Source of the DNA: an uncultured Candidatus Saccharibacteria bacterium
Lineage (GTDB): Bacteria; Patescibacteriota; Saccharimonadia; CAILAD01; GCA-016700035
Direction of reading: 5' to 3'
DNA: 64,000 nucleotides
Assembly: GCA_964583675.1 (NCBI GenBank)
Contig: CAZOVH010000003.1
Coordinates: 12,167-76,166, forward strand
This document shows, one piece after another, positions 18,572 through 27,300 of the stretch. How positions within the stretch are numbered: the stretch's first letter is position 1; every line of letters starts with the position of its first letter. The notes beneath the pieces are model-generated. The model did no database searches. It saw only the letters and a list, made by a program, of their open reading frames with translations, and was not told the DNA's origin. Made by a program: the position numbers and the translations under genes.

Positions 18572-19762
18572 TTACTTTACAACGTTTTTCAACGCAGCGC
18601 TCAAACCTTTGCGGCTCTTTCGGTAGAAATAACCAGCGTAGGTGAGACCACCGGTTCCCAACAGACCAGCAACACCAGTCTCGATACCAGTCTGAGGCAG
18701 GGTTGGCTGCTCAGGAGTTACCGGGGTGGTAGGGGTTGGGGTTGGAGATACTGGAGGTGTGGTTGGGGTAGGCGTTGGCTTACCGGCAACTGCAACCTTG
18801 GTAACTGCATAGTTTTCACGCATGATGTTACCAGCTTTTACGCCAGCAACGTTCTTCATGGTGTATGTACCAGGCTTGAGATTTGGATCAATCTTAGCTT
18901 GGAACCATACATAACCAACAGAACCTGGGGCATAACTACCTACGTTGATTCCGCCACTTGTGACTTTATCTGAGGTAATCTTGATGCCGTTTGGATTGTT
19001 CATGTTTTTAAGCTGAGTAGTACCGTTTACGTAGGTTACAGAAGCTGGCATGTTGTCAGCAATTGCAAGATCCTTCAAAACAGTATTTCCTTCGTTCTTA
19101 AAGGTGATGAGGTATTCAAGTGTGTCACCAGCTTTCGCAGTGTTTTCACTCTTCCACTCTTTTTCACCAAGAACACGAACTTGTTTGGTTATAGAAACCA
19201 TGTCGGTCTTAACACGCAATTTTACAGATACGCTAGCTTCAAAGTTGAAGCATGGCTTACCATTTTCGAGCACTACACCTGTAGTCAAAAGCTGTTGCTC
19301 CTGAGCTGCAGTAAGTGTGTCAGTTACCCAGTTAGGCTGCTCGTTGGTGCCCTTGTTGTGGCGCCAAACTGCAGTTCCTGGAACATACTCGAGACGGCTG
19401 TTATCAAGTGCAAGATTTGCTGTTGCGCTTGTGTTAACCGTGTTGGCATTGTCTGCAGAGATTGTACCGTTGATTTTCTGGGTTTTTCCAGCTGCGGTTG
19501 GCAGCTGAAGTTTTGCTTTTACATTATTGGCTACTTTGCCGCTATCGGCATTTTCCATGTTGTGGTACCAAAGCTGAACTTGAACGGTTTCGTCAGTTTT
19601 TGCGTTGGTACTCGGCTTGTACGTATTCTCACCAGCACTCGCGTTAGCAACACCAAGTTTTGATTCAAGGCGCACCTGGCTCGTGGCATGAGCTGCCAAT
19701 GGCAGAAGGCTGAGCAATGCAGCGAAAGCTACATAGCGCAACTTAGAAAGCACAGTCATCAT
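18572..19762 (-). CDS. Secreted DUF11/Ig-like domain surface protein with LPXTG sorting signal
   Basis: Signal peptide (AHA), AKAGDTLEYLITFKNEGN...IADNMPASVTYVNGT (DUF11-like), PT-rich linker, LPQTG + hydrophobic stretch + basic tail; SD GAAAGGAG before ATG 19762. Confidence 0.85.
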   Translation of the reverse strand: MMTVLSKLRYVAFAALLSLLPLAAHATSQVRLESKLGVANASAGENTYKPSTNAKTDETVQVQLWYHNMENADSGKVANNVKAKLQLPTAAGKTQKINGTISADNANTVNTSATANLALDNSRLEYVPGTAVWRHNKGTNEQPNWVTDTLTAAQEQQLLTTGVVLENGKPCFNFEASVSVKLRVKTDMVSITKQVRVLGEKEWKSENTAKAGDTLEYLITFKNEGNTVLKDLAIADNMPASVTYVNGTTQLKNMNNPNGIKITSDKVTSGGINVGSYAPGSVGYVWFQAKIDPNLKPGTYTMKNVAGVKAGNIMRENYAVTKVAVAGKPTPTPTTPPVSPTPTPTTPVTPEQPTLPQTGIETGVAGLLGTGGLTYAGYFYRKSRKGLSAALKNVVK

Positions 19763-19910
19763 ATGAGACTCCTTTCTTTCGCGACGTGAAGTCGGAAAGC
19801 GCTTATGGTTATTTAACATTTATGCGTGTGGTCAATCTCTGTAATAATTGCAGTGTGTATGCTGTAGTTGTAAAGGTTTATTGTTCGCGTAGGTGAACAA
19901 TTACCTATAA

Positions 19911-19939
19911 ATATTATCATACTTAAGCTTTTTTGTCAA
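19911..19939 (-). promoter_or_regulatory. Sigma70-type promoter for the LPXTG gene
   Basis: TTGACA-17 nt-TAATAT with TG extension on the minus strand. Confidence 0.6.
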
Positions 19940-19986
19940 TACTTTTTGTCAGCTAAATATGTCAGTGTCAACAGATTTGACTCAAT

Positions 19987-20023
19987 AAAAGTGAAGGAGC
20001 GGACGCATGTAGCGTCCGCTCCT
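19987..20023 (-). terminator. Terminator of GC-rich gene A
   Basis: AGGAGCGGACGC-loop-GCGTCCGCTCCT 12-bp stem followed on the minus strand by TCACTTTT. Confidence 0.8.
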
Positions 20024-20057
20024 GATGAACCTGAACACCCTTCTAGGGACTACCGGG

Positions 20058-21143
20058 CTAGGCCGGCGCCCCAGGGTCTCCGGGCTCGTTGACCGGCTGA
20101 GGCGTGGCCTCGGTCGGTTCCGGATCGTCGAAGCCGGTGTTGCCACCGGTCTCGCCATTGGTGTCGCCGGGGCTCATGTTGCCGCCCGGCGGGATGATCA
20201 CTCCGTCAGCCGGATCGGCTGCCGAGTCCTCGGCGTTCCCCGGGACGTAGTCCGGAGTGGGCGGGAGTGGCTCGGTGTCCACGTGGGAAGGATGGTTGTT
20301 ACCACCCGAACCACAGACACCGTCCGCCATCAGCTCCGCCGTGCACTTCCACGTCGTGGTGGGAGCCTCGGGCGTGGTCACGGGCGTGACGGGCTGTCCG
20401 GGCTTGCCTGGCGTCACGGGCGTGACGGGCTGTCCGGGCTTGCCTGGCGTCACCGGCCGCGAGGGCTGGTTTGGCGCAGGCGGAGCACCCTTGCCGGGCA
20501 CGCTCGGCGGGAAGTTCTGCTCGACGGGCTGGTACCCGCAGTTGAGCTTGAACTGCTTCACGGTCCCGTCCGGGAACGTGAAGCGGATCACCTTGAACGG
20601 CGCGGCTTCGACCGGGACCTGGTAGATCTCGGGGATGATTCTCCCCTTGTCCTCCATGTCCATGGTCTGGTACGCACCGCTCATCTCGACGATCTCCACC
20701 TTGACGGCCTCGTTGAGGCGCGCTTGGAAGCGCATCTCGCTGAGAGCCCAGGCATCGGGGTTCGACATGAGGTCGACCGTCTTCTGGACTCGAGTCGGCG
20801 CATCCGAGAACTCGTTGAAGAGGTACTCGGAGTCACCCACGAGGAGCGCGGCGTCAGAGCAGCGTCGCGAGGCGAAGTCCGCCTGCGTTGCTGCCACATT
20901 GGCCGGATCCTCCGGAGCGGCGGGGCCGAACTGGTTCCCGCTCGTCTCGCGAGCGAAGAACATCTGGTTGACGCCGCACGTACCAGCCGGAGCCGGAATG
21001 GTCGTGGTGGTCGGGTCGTCGTCGGCACCCACGTCGATGATCGTCCTGCTCGCCCCGAAGGTGAGCAGTGCGAGGAGCAGCAGCCCGGCACCGAAGTACC
21101 AGAACGACTGCTGCCGCTTGGCAGGTGTGTCCATGAAGGCCAT
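20058..21143 (-). CDS. GC-rich orphan membrane-anchored/exported protein (gene A) with Pro/Thr-rich tail
   Basis: SD GAAAGGGGG, N-terminal TM helix, Cys-containing domain, PVTPGKPGQ repeats, own terminator; codons mostly end in G/C. Confidence 0.75.
   Translation of the reverse strand: MAFMDTPAKRQQSFWYFGAGLLLLALLTFGASRTIIDVGADDDPTTTTIPAPAGTCGVNQMFFARETSGNQFGPAAPEDPANVAATQADFASRRCSDAALLVGDSEYLFNEFSDAPTRVQKTVDLMSNPDAWALSEMRFQARLNEAVKVEIVEMSGAYQTMDMEDKGRIIPEIYQVPVEAAPFKVIRFTFPDGTVKQFKLNCGYQPVEQNFPPSVPGKGAPPAPNQPSRPVTPGKPGQPVTPVTPGKPGQPVTPVTTPEAPTTTWKCTAELMADGVCGSGGNNHPSHVDTEPLPPTPDYVPGNAEDSAADPADGVIIPPGGNMSPGDTNGETGGNTGFDDPEPTEATPQPVNEPGDPGAPA
20377..20453. repeat. Perfect 36-bp tandem repeat (2 copies + 5 nt) in gene A
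   Basis: GTCACGGGCGTGACGGGCTGTCCGGGCTTGCCTGGC x2; encodes PVTPGKPGQPVT. Confidence 0.92.
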
Positions 21144-21256
21144 GAGGCCCCCTTTCGTTTGAGCGCTTTTAGCGCGGGATGTTCAGGTTCTGGTTCTGAC
21201 TTCAAGCATTCATCTCTGTTTTACCAAAGGTTCACGTTCAAGGCCAGAATAAAACC

Positions 21257-21292
21257 AAAAGTGTGTCCCCTGGAGCCCGAAGGCCCCAGGGG
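21257..21292 (-). terminator. Terminator of GC-rich gene B
   Basis: Minus strand CCCCTGGGGCC-TTCG-GGCTCCAGGGG (cUUCGg tetraloop) then ACACACTTTT. Confidence 0.78.
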
Positions 21293-21298
21293 GAGGGG

Positions 21299-22102
21299 TC
21301 AGTTCGTCGACGCACTGGCTGCGGCTGCAGCCTGCACGGTCTGGAACTGGGTCCCCGTGGGAGGCGGAGGCGGGATGACCGCATCCGGAGTCAACACGAC
21401 CGGCTGCGGCGGTACTGCCACCTGAGCCGGAGTCGGAGCTGCGGGTGCCGGAGCGGGCGGCTGTGCGGGGATGGTGTTCACTCCCGCCGCTGCTCCCGCA
21501 TGCACCTGCGTGACGCCGTGGAAGGCGCCGCCACCGACCAAGCCGGCGACGATGCCGGCGACGATGAGGCCTGCCGCACCGGACAGGACCAGGTCCCTCC
21601 AGAGCGGGAAGTTTCCCAGAGCTTCCAGGAACAACCACGCGATGAAGAAGGCTCCGATGCCTGCCACGATGGGCTGCCACCAACCACTGCTGAGACGATG
21701 CTGCAGCTGTGTGATCGCAGTGGCGTGAGCTTCCGAGTGGGCCTGCAGCCCGTCGACGCGGCTGCCCAGACCGAGAACGTTGTTCTCGACGGTGCCGACG
21801 CGACCGGTCAGGTTGTCCAGATCTTGACGAACGTCGCTGAGCCGCTGCAGGATGTCCTGTCGCTCGTTGCCGCGCTCGGCGATCTGGTTCTCCAGGCGCT
21901 CGATCTCCGTTCGGACGATCTCGCGCATGGCCTCACTGGCCGCTTGGGTCAGCTCGGCGTTGCGCTCGGTGATGAGCCCGTTCAGGCGCTGTAGCTCCTG
22001 GTCGACCCCTCCGAGTCGACGCGTGAGGGTGTCGTGCTCGGCACGGTGTTGCTGCGCGAGCAGCACCTCTGTGTGTGTGGTTCGTTCGGTTCGGTTTGCC
22101 AT
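21299..22102 (-). CDS. GC-rich orphan coiled-coil + 2-TM protein with Pro-rich tail (gene B)
   Basis: SD GGGAGGGG, ~140-aa heptad coiled coil, two hydrophobic helices (WWQPIVAG..., LWRDLVLSG...), Pro/Ala tail. Confidence 0.75.
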   Translation of the reverse strand: MANRTERTTHTEVLLAQQHRAEHDTLTRRLGGVDQELQRLNGLITERNAELTQAASEAMREIVRTEIERLENQIAERGNERQDILQRLSDVRQDLDNLTGRVGTVENNVLGLGSRVDGLQAHSEAHATAITQLQHRLSSGWWQPIVAGIGAFFIAWLFLEALGNFPLWRDLVLSGAAGLIVAGIVAGLVGGGAFHGVTQVHAGAAAGVNTIPAQPPAPAPAAPTPAQVAVPPQPVVLTPDAVIPPPPPTGTQFQTVQAAAAASASTN

Positions 22103-22241
22103 GTCCCCTCCCGGGGTGTGTTGTGCCGGGGTTTTTCAACACCCGGGTTGAGGTACGAATACCGTTGCATAATAGCATAAAATACATAATTTTGCAATAG
22201 TTTTATGCAAAGTCAATATGCTTATGCCAAAGATAATTGAC

Positions 22242-22280
22242 AAAAAAAATTGGGCGACCTGGTGTTACCCAGGTCGCCCA
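22242..22280 (-). terminator. Terminator of GC-rich gene C
   Basis: TGGGCGACCTGG...CCAGGTCGCCCA 12-bp stem plus T-run on the minus strand. Confidence 0.85.
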
Positions 22281-22288
22281 GTGTGAAA

Positions 22289-23896
22289 TCAGGCAGCGCT
22301 CTGCCGTCCAGACTCCACAAGAATGCGCCTCTCCGCCTCGGCACGAACCGCATCTGCCGAGCGGAATGCCCAACACTGCTCAGGATCAAGATCCTCAATC
22401 ACTGCCTTGACGGCAGCCTCGAAAACCTCATCCGGCAGTTCGACCAAGAAGGACTCGTCCGACTTCCGCTTACGGCGACTCGCGTCACGATCAGCACCGT
22501 CAGCTGGTCCATCCGTCTGAGGCTGCTGAGCGTCCGGCTCTTCGGCTGAATCGCTGGACTGCCGCCCCGCAGCTGGCGCCTTCGGAGCTGGCCGCATCGC
22601 AACCCTGCCTCCCCCCTGCACCACATGGCGCTGAGGCTCGGGAGCATCACTGCTGCTGACGGTACGACGACCCTCACTCATCCGGACAACAGGGACCGGC
22701 TGAGTGGGGGGACCCCCTTCGGGTTCCTTCGGGGCACCACTGTTTGCGGCACCCGTCACAGACTCGGAAGGGGGTGTGTCGTCCGTCGAGCTGCTCGCCG
22801 GCTCCTCGGATGCGGGTCGAGGCGGCGGAACCGCACCAGACCGTACGAATGCAGACCTGCGAGCAGAGCGGCGCTGAGCCCTCTCGTAGCCGTCACGCAG
22901 GAAGACCTCGTTGGGCCAGGTGAAGTCTTCCAACTCCTTCTGGACCGAGGTAGTCCCTTCGGCAACCCGAGCCGCACTGCGCACGGCCTGGCGATTGAAC
23001 CAAGCCTTTGCAGCGAGGTTCTGACCCTCCCCCCTCAGCTCAGCCTGGGCATCCTGCTCGAGTTCTTCTCGAGTCAACGATTCTGGCCGGCCCTGACCCT
23101 CTTCCTTCTTGAGCTGGAAGAGGTAGCGCTCGATTTCGAGTTCATCCTCGATGCCGAGTTCCTCGTAGAGCGACCAACCGTACTGATAGATGGCAATGGC
23201 AAGCTCACCGAGAGCCTTTTCGGCCGCCTCCTTGTTGCCGCGAAGACGAGCATCGGCAGCCACCTGAAGGTACGGTCGCAGTGGCTCGCGATAGGAGTCG
23301 AGTTGAGGCTCGCCATCCGCAAGCGGTGCCGGTGCGTCCGCAGTGGCTTCGGGCTCCGGAGACGGAGGCGTCTCACCGCTGTCCGCCGGATCGCTGTCAG
23401 GTGCCGAAGCACTCGGGGCGTCCTGATCGAAGGGCTGCAGGGCAGCACCATCGGCTGCAGCCGGCTGGGCCGGCTGTTCACCAATGAATCGGTCGACGGC
23501 GGAGGCAAGCGTGTTCGAGACGAACTGGTTGCCGTTGCGAATGGCCTGCCTCTCCTCGCCCTCTTCGAGATCCTCGTTGAGGATCTCCTCCAAGAGCTCG
23601 AGAGCTGACGCCTCATCCAGCAACGGATCGGTCTCCATCAACCTTTCGGTCAGATGGGAAGCACGAAGCTGAATCCTACGAGGCGCAGGAGGTGTGGCTT
23701 CAGCCGCCTCATCGGCGGTGCCATCAGCGGGGTCTGTGAGGTGTTCTTCGTCGGCCATGACGGCCTCCTGTTCTCCGGCTGTGCCGGGGTTGGGGCCATC
23801 TTCGGCCGGGGTTGCGCCACCACACAGGGCGGCAACTTCATCGGGATTGAGCTGGGAGAATTCATCCATGCTCATTCCGGACCTGCCTTCACTCAT
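22289..23896 (-). CDS. GC-rich orphan acidic, largely low-complexity protein (gene C)
   Basis: Long ORF with G/C-ending codons; GAGGT before ATG 23896; upstream promoter and downstream terminator; start uncertain (23896/23875/23869). Confidence 0.72.
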   Translation of the reverse strand: MSEGRSGMSMDEFSQLNPDEVAALCGGATPAEDGPNPGTAGEQEAVMADEEHLTDPADGTADEAAEATPPAPRRIQLRASHLTERLMETDPLLDEASALELLEEILNEDLEEGEERQAIRNGNQFVSNTLASAVDRFIGEQPAQPAAADGAALQPFDQDAPSASAPDSDPADSGETPPSPEPEATADAPAPLADGEPQLDSYREPLRPYLQVAADARLRGNKEAAEKALGELAIAIYQYGWSLYEELGIEDELEIERYLFQLKKEEGQGRPESLTREELEQDAQAELRGEGQNLAAKAWFNRQAVRSAARVAEGTTSVQKELEDFTWPNEVFLRDGYERAQRRSARRSAFVRSGAVPPPRPASEEPASSSTDDTPPSESVTGAANSGAPKEPEGGPPTQPVPVVRMSEGRRTVSSSDAPEPQRHVVQGGGRVAMRPAPKAPAAGRQSSDSAEEPDAQQPQTDGPADGADRDASRRKRKSDESFLVELPDEVFEAAVKAVIEDLDPEQCWAFRSADAVRAEAERRILVESGRQSAA

Positions 23897-23956
23897 GCTG
23901 TACCTCATCTGCTGTGTCAATTTCGGAATAAATTGTCAGGTGCAAAAAACACAAAA

Positions 23957-23985
23957 ACCATACCACAAATTTGCAATATGGTCAA
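23957..23985 (-). promoter_or_regulatory. Sigma70-type promoter for gene C
   Basis: TTGACC-17 nt-TATGGT on the minus strand. Confidence 0.6.
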
Positions 23986-24001
23986 TGTTTATTGGTTGCG
24001 C

Positions 24002-24340
24002 TTAGTGTTGGCTGGCGGCTTCTTCACGCACTTTTGCGAGCACAGCCTGCTGATCGGCGACGAGCTGATCTCCAACTTCTTGAGCAGTAGATGCAATCAA
24101 CTCATCATAGTTCGGCACAAGCTGTCGCAAGCGATCATCAACCTGATCGCCGCCAGCATCGATCAGCCGTTCTAGCTCATTCATCTGCTCTTCAGTAATC
24201 TGATCGGAAACTTTACTGAGTACACGGGTCATCGTAAGGTCAGCAAGTTGCTCGGCAAGTTGCTGCTTTTGTTCGTCAGTGGCTGAAGCCATGCCGAGTC
24301 TGGTGAAAATATCTGGTTGATTAGGTTGTGTAGTATCCAT
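24002..24340 (-). CDS. Small acidic helical protein, DUF5663-like
   Basis: LGMASATDEQKQQL...RVLSKVSDQITEEQMNELERLI...LVPNYDELI pattern typical of CPR DUF5663; SD AAGGAG. Confidence 0.65.
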   Translation of the reverse strand: MDTTQPNQPDIFTRLGMASATDEQKQQLAEQLADLTMTRVLSKVSDQITEEQMNELERLIDAGGDQVDDRLRQLVPNYDELIASTAQEVGDQLVADQQAVLAKVREEAASQH

Positions 24341-24365
24341 AGGTTACTCCTTATAAGTTATCTAG

Positions 24366-27300
24366 CTATGCTGCGCCATTTAAGCCATCTGTAGGCATGC
24401 CGTAAAGTTGAAGAATCTTTTCTGTCGGAACACCACGCTGAACCTGCTGAGCAATATTGCGCGTAAGTTGCACCATCTGGTCATTGCCAACATCAACCGA
24501 ACCGCGGCCAAGTATGAAGTTCAGCCTATCTAGTTCTGCATTCGACAAATCAAGTCCACGTAATGCGCTACCATAATTCCTGTCGTATGCTTGGTTACCA
24601 GCCTCATACATGGCTTTCTCAGCTGGGCTCAATCCTTGATACTTATCAGTCATATGTTCCCAATTCTGTGCGGCATTTTTATCAGTACTGAGTATACCTT
24701 TAAAGCGAGCCTCATCGGGGCTATATGGCTTTGGCGCTTCAGGACCCTTCGGCGGGCCACTGAAGAAGTGACGGAGAACAAATGGTGCTGCTGCAGCGGC
24801 CACACCAACTACTGCTGCCCCTCGCTTTGCACGCCTGTTCGACTTCGCATCACTATTTACACGATCTAGCTGATTCTTAAGAAGTAAATCTGCCACTGCC
24901 GCCGATGATTCTGGGTTTCCAGCTAGTGCTCCTCGCAGCACTCGATCGCTATACAGGGCACCGGCATTAGCCTCTAGGAATGCTGCAATCTCTTGCTCGG
25001 TCATTTTTTCAGCGCCAAGCCCCTCTGTGTTCCCTGAAATATATTCCATGTCACGCCCCGCCTCTAGCTGCGTACTAGCAGACTGTGCGCCCCAGGCTTC
25101 GGTGCGACCACGCAAATCAGCCTTATTGGCTCGACGATTATGCAGCATATTAACGCCGGCTTCAGTCGCCATAAATCCACCAGTACCACGCATAACTGCA
25201 CCAGCACCTGCAACCATCGCGCTACCTACGCCGGCACCGACACCAGTCATCGCAATCGCCGCGCCAGCTATTCCAAGAGCTGCACCAACCGCTAACCTGG
25301 TTCGACGACCATTCTTAGAGCGCCAGAAAGTGCGGAACTTTTCAGATTTTGTACCAACTTTTAGTTCACATTGTGCAGCTTCAACCTTTGAGCGAGTCTG
25401 CGCCATCTCAACAATCATCTCAACCTCAACCCGACGGGTCACTTCCTCGACACCTTGACGCAAGTTCTCTAACTGCTCATCACACTTCTGCATAGCCTCA
25501 CGCGCCTCTAAAATGCGCTCTTTGCGCCGATCAATCCGAGACTGACGAAGTGTAGGTGGCAACTGCGTATCTGCTTCCAGGCGAGCAATCGATTCATCTA
25601 GTACAGTAACTTTCTCCTGCATATCGGTCTTGTAGTCATTAATTCCAGCTTCAACCCCGCGATAATCTGCCAATACAGCCGCCCAGTTGTCTGTATATTG
25701 GGCGTAAGCAGACTCAAGGCTCGCGTTCGCTTGCTCGAGGGCGGTCTGATCACGCTTTGTTCGACCAAAGAATTTTTCCCGCTGCTCTTTTGCCTGCGCC
25801 ACGGCCTGTATCTGAGCATCAACGTTTAAGCGCGCGCCTTCGGCCAGTGCCAAAATCTCTTCGGCTGACGGTATTTTTGGCACTTTCTCTAAATAGCTAC
25901 CTTTTTCATATGGCTCGCCACCCTCTTGATCGATCGGGTCGTCTTCGTCCTCTGGAGAATTGCCTCCACCTTCGCCATCATTCTGCAGTTTTTCAATACG
26001 CGAGATACTGTCTTCATCGATCGCAAACTCTGTGCCACTCTCCAAATTCAAAAGTCGTAAACGAGCTGGGTTCTCGCCAACTTTTTGGATAATCATATGC
26101 GGAGCTTTATCGCCATCCGCTTCTGTATAAGTGACCATTTCACCATTTTTAAACGTGACACCACCAATTTCGAATTGGTGGTCGTTTTCAATAGATTCAC
26201 GACGTTCTACTCGAGTCATCGGCTGAAGTTGAGCTTCGCCAGATTGTGCAGGACTTGGGGAAGGCGCCTGGTCAAAATTTGTTCGCGTAGCGGGCGCTGG
26301 CTCTGCCTGGTCAGCACGAGGCTGACTACCACTCGCTTCAGTAGCAAGCGGGCTTGCTGGAGCACCGTAATACGCTTCTGTATCATTCTCGGCAAGTATT
26401 TGCTTTAAATCATCACCAAGTTCATGACCAAATTTGTCATTTATTGCTTGATCGCCTATTTGTTCTGGCTGTGCTGGCATTGTGCCACTCCTGCTTTGTT
26501 CGTCCTGCCTATCATAACCGGTTTGATTCTCTGCTGGCAAGTCGGCTCGTTGAGTTTCTCGATTCCATTCATCTGGCGGCAAACTACGCTCATACTCTTC
26601 ATTTGTGTCGTAATCGTTACTGTCAAAATAGCGAGCCCCTCGAATACGTCGCGAATCTTCAGCTTGCCTGGTATGCTTTTTTTGGCGTGCAGTACCCTGA
26701 GACTGCTGCTTAGCAGTCTGTTTTTCAGGCTTATCGCTTGATGTGTCCTTGATACTTCCATCTGAGTTATAACGATCATAAAATTCTGACCAAATTGCTT
26801 TGGTTACTGGTCGCATCCCAGTTTTCACTTCATGCGCCAACCCATCCAATAAAATATCGGCCGGCTTCTTGGCGCCACCCAATGAATCGCCATGCCGACG
26901 ATTAACACGTGTCTGCACTCCGTCCCAGCCTTTAATTTTGCGCAGCTCTCTCTTTATCTCATTCGAGGGTCGCCTAGCATATCTGTAAGGGTCATTCGTG
27001 CTTGAGCGCTCCGGACCACTCGTTTGAGGACCGTCATTAATGAGCACCGGATTGTCAAGTTTGGTGGTGAAATTCTCCATAGCTTGCTGAATTTCAATGC
27101 GCTCATTCTGCAGGGATGCAAGATAACTCGAGACACGTTCCGATTCCTCAGAATTACCCGATTCGCCTAGCGAGGCCAACCTGCTCTCGGCTTGAGCAAT
27201 TTCTCGCTCTACTTGCGGCAATTGTGCTGCCACATCTCCGAATGTAGGCGCGCGACGTGCATCCGCAGGGGTCGACTCCACTTCGGCGTCATCAGCGTGC

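Noticed and set aside
20377-20453. 36-bp repeat as a CRISPR array
   Set aside because: The copies are directly adjacent with no spacers, in frame within a CDS, and no cas genes are present.
19987-23985. Integron cassette array, prophage or IS explanation for the GC-rich genes
   Set aside because: No integrase, transposase or phage gene; the hairpins share no attC-like common sequence; no target-site duplication seen.
20025-24175. Long plus-strand ORFs (20025-21425, 21263-21994, 22625-23608 and others)
   Set aside because: Antisense shadows expected from high GC3; Arg/Gly-rich composition; SD sites, promoters and terminators all support the minus-strand genes.
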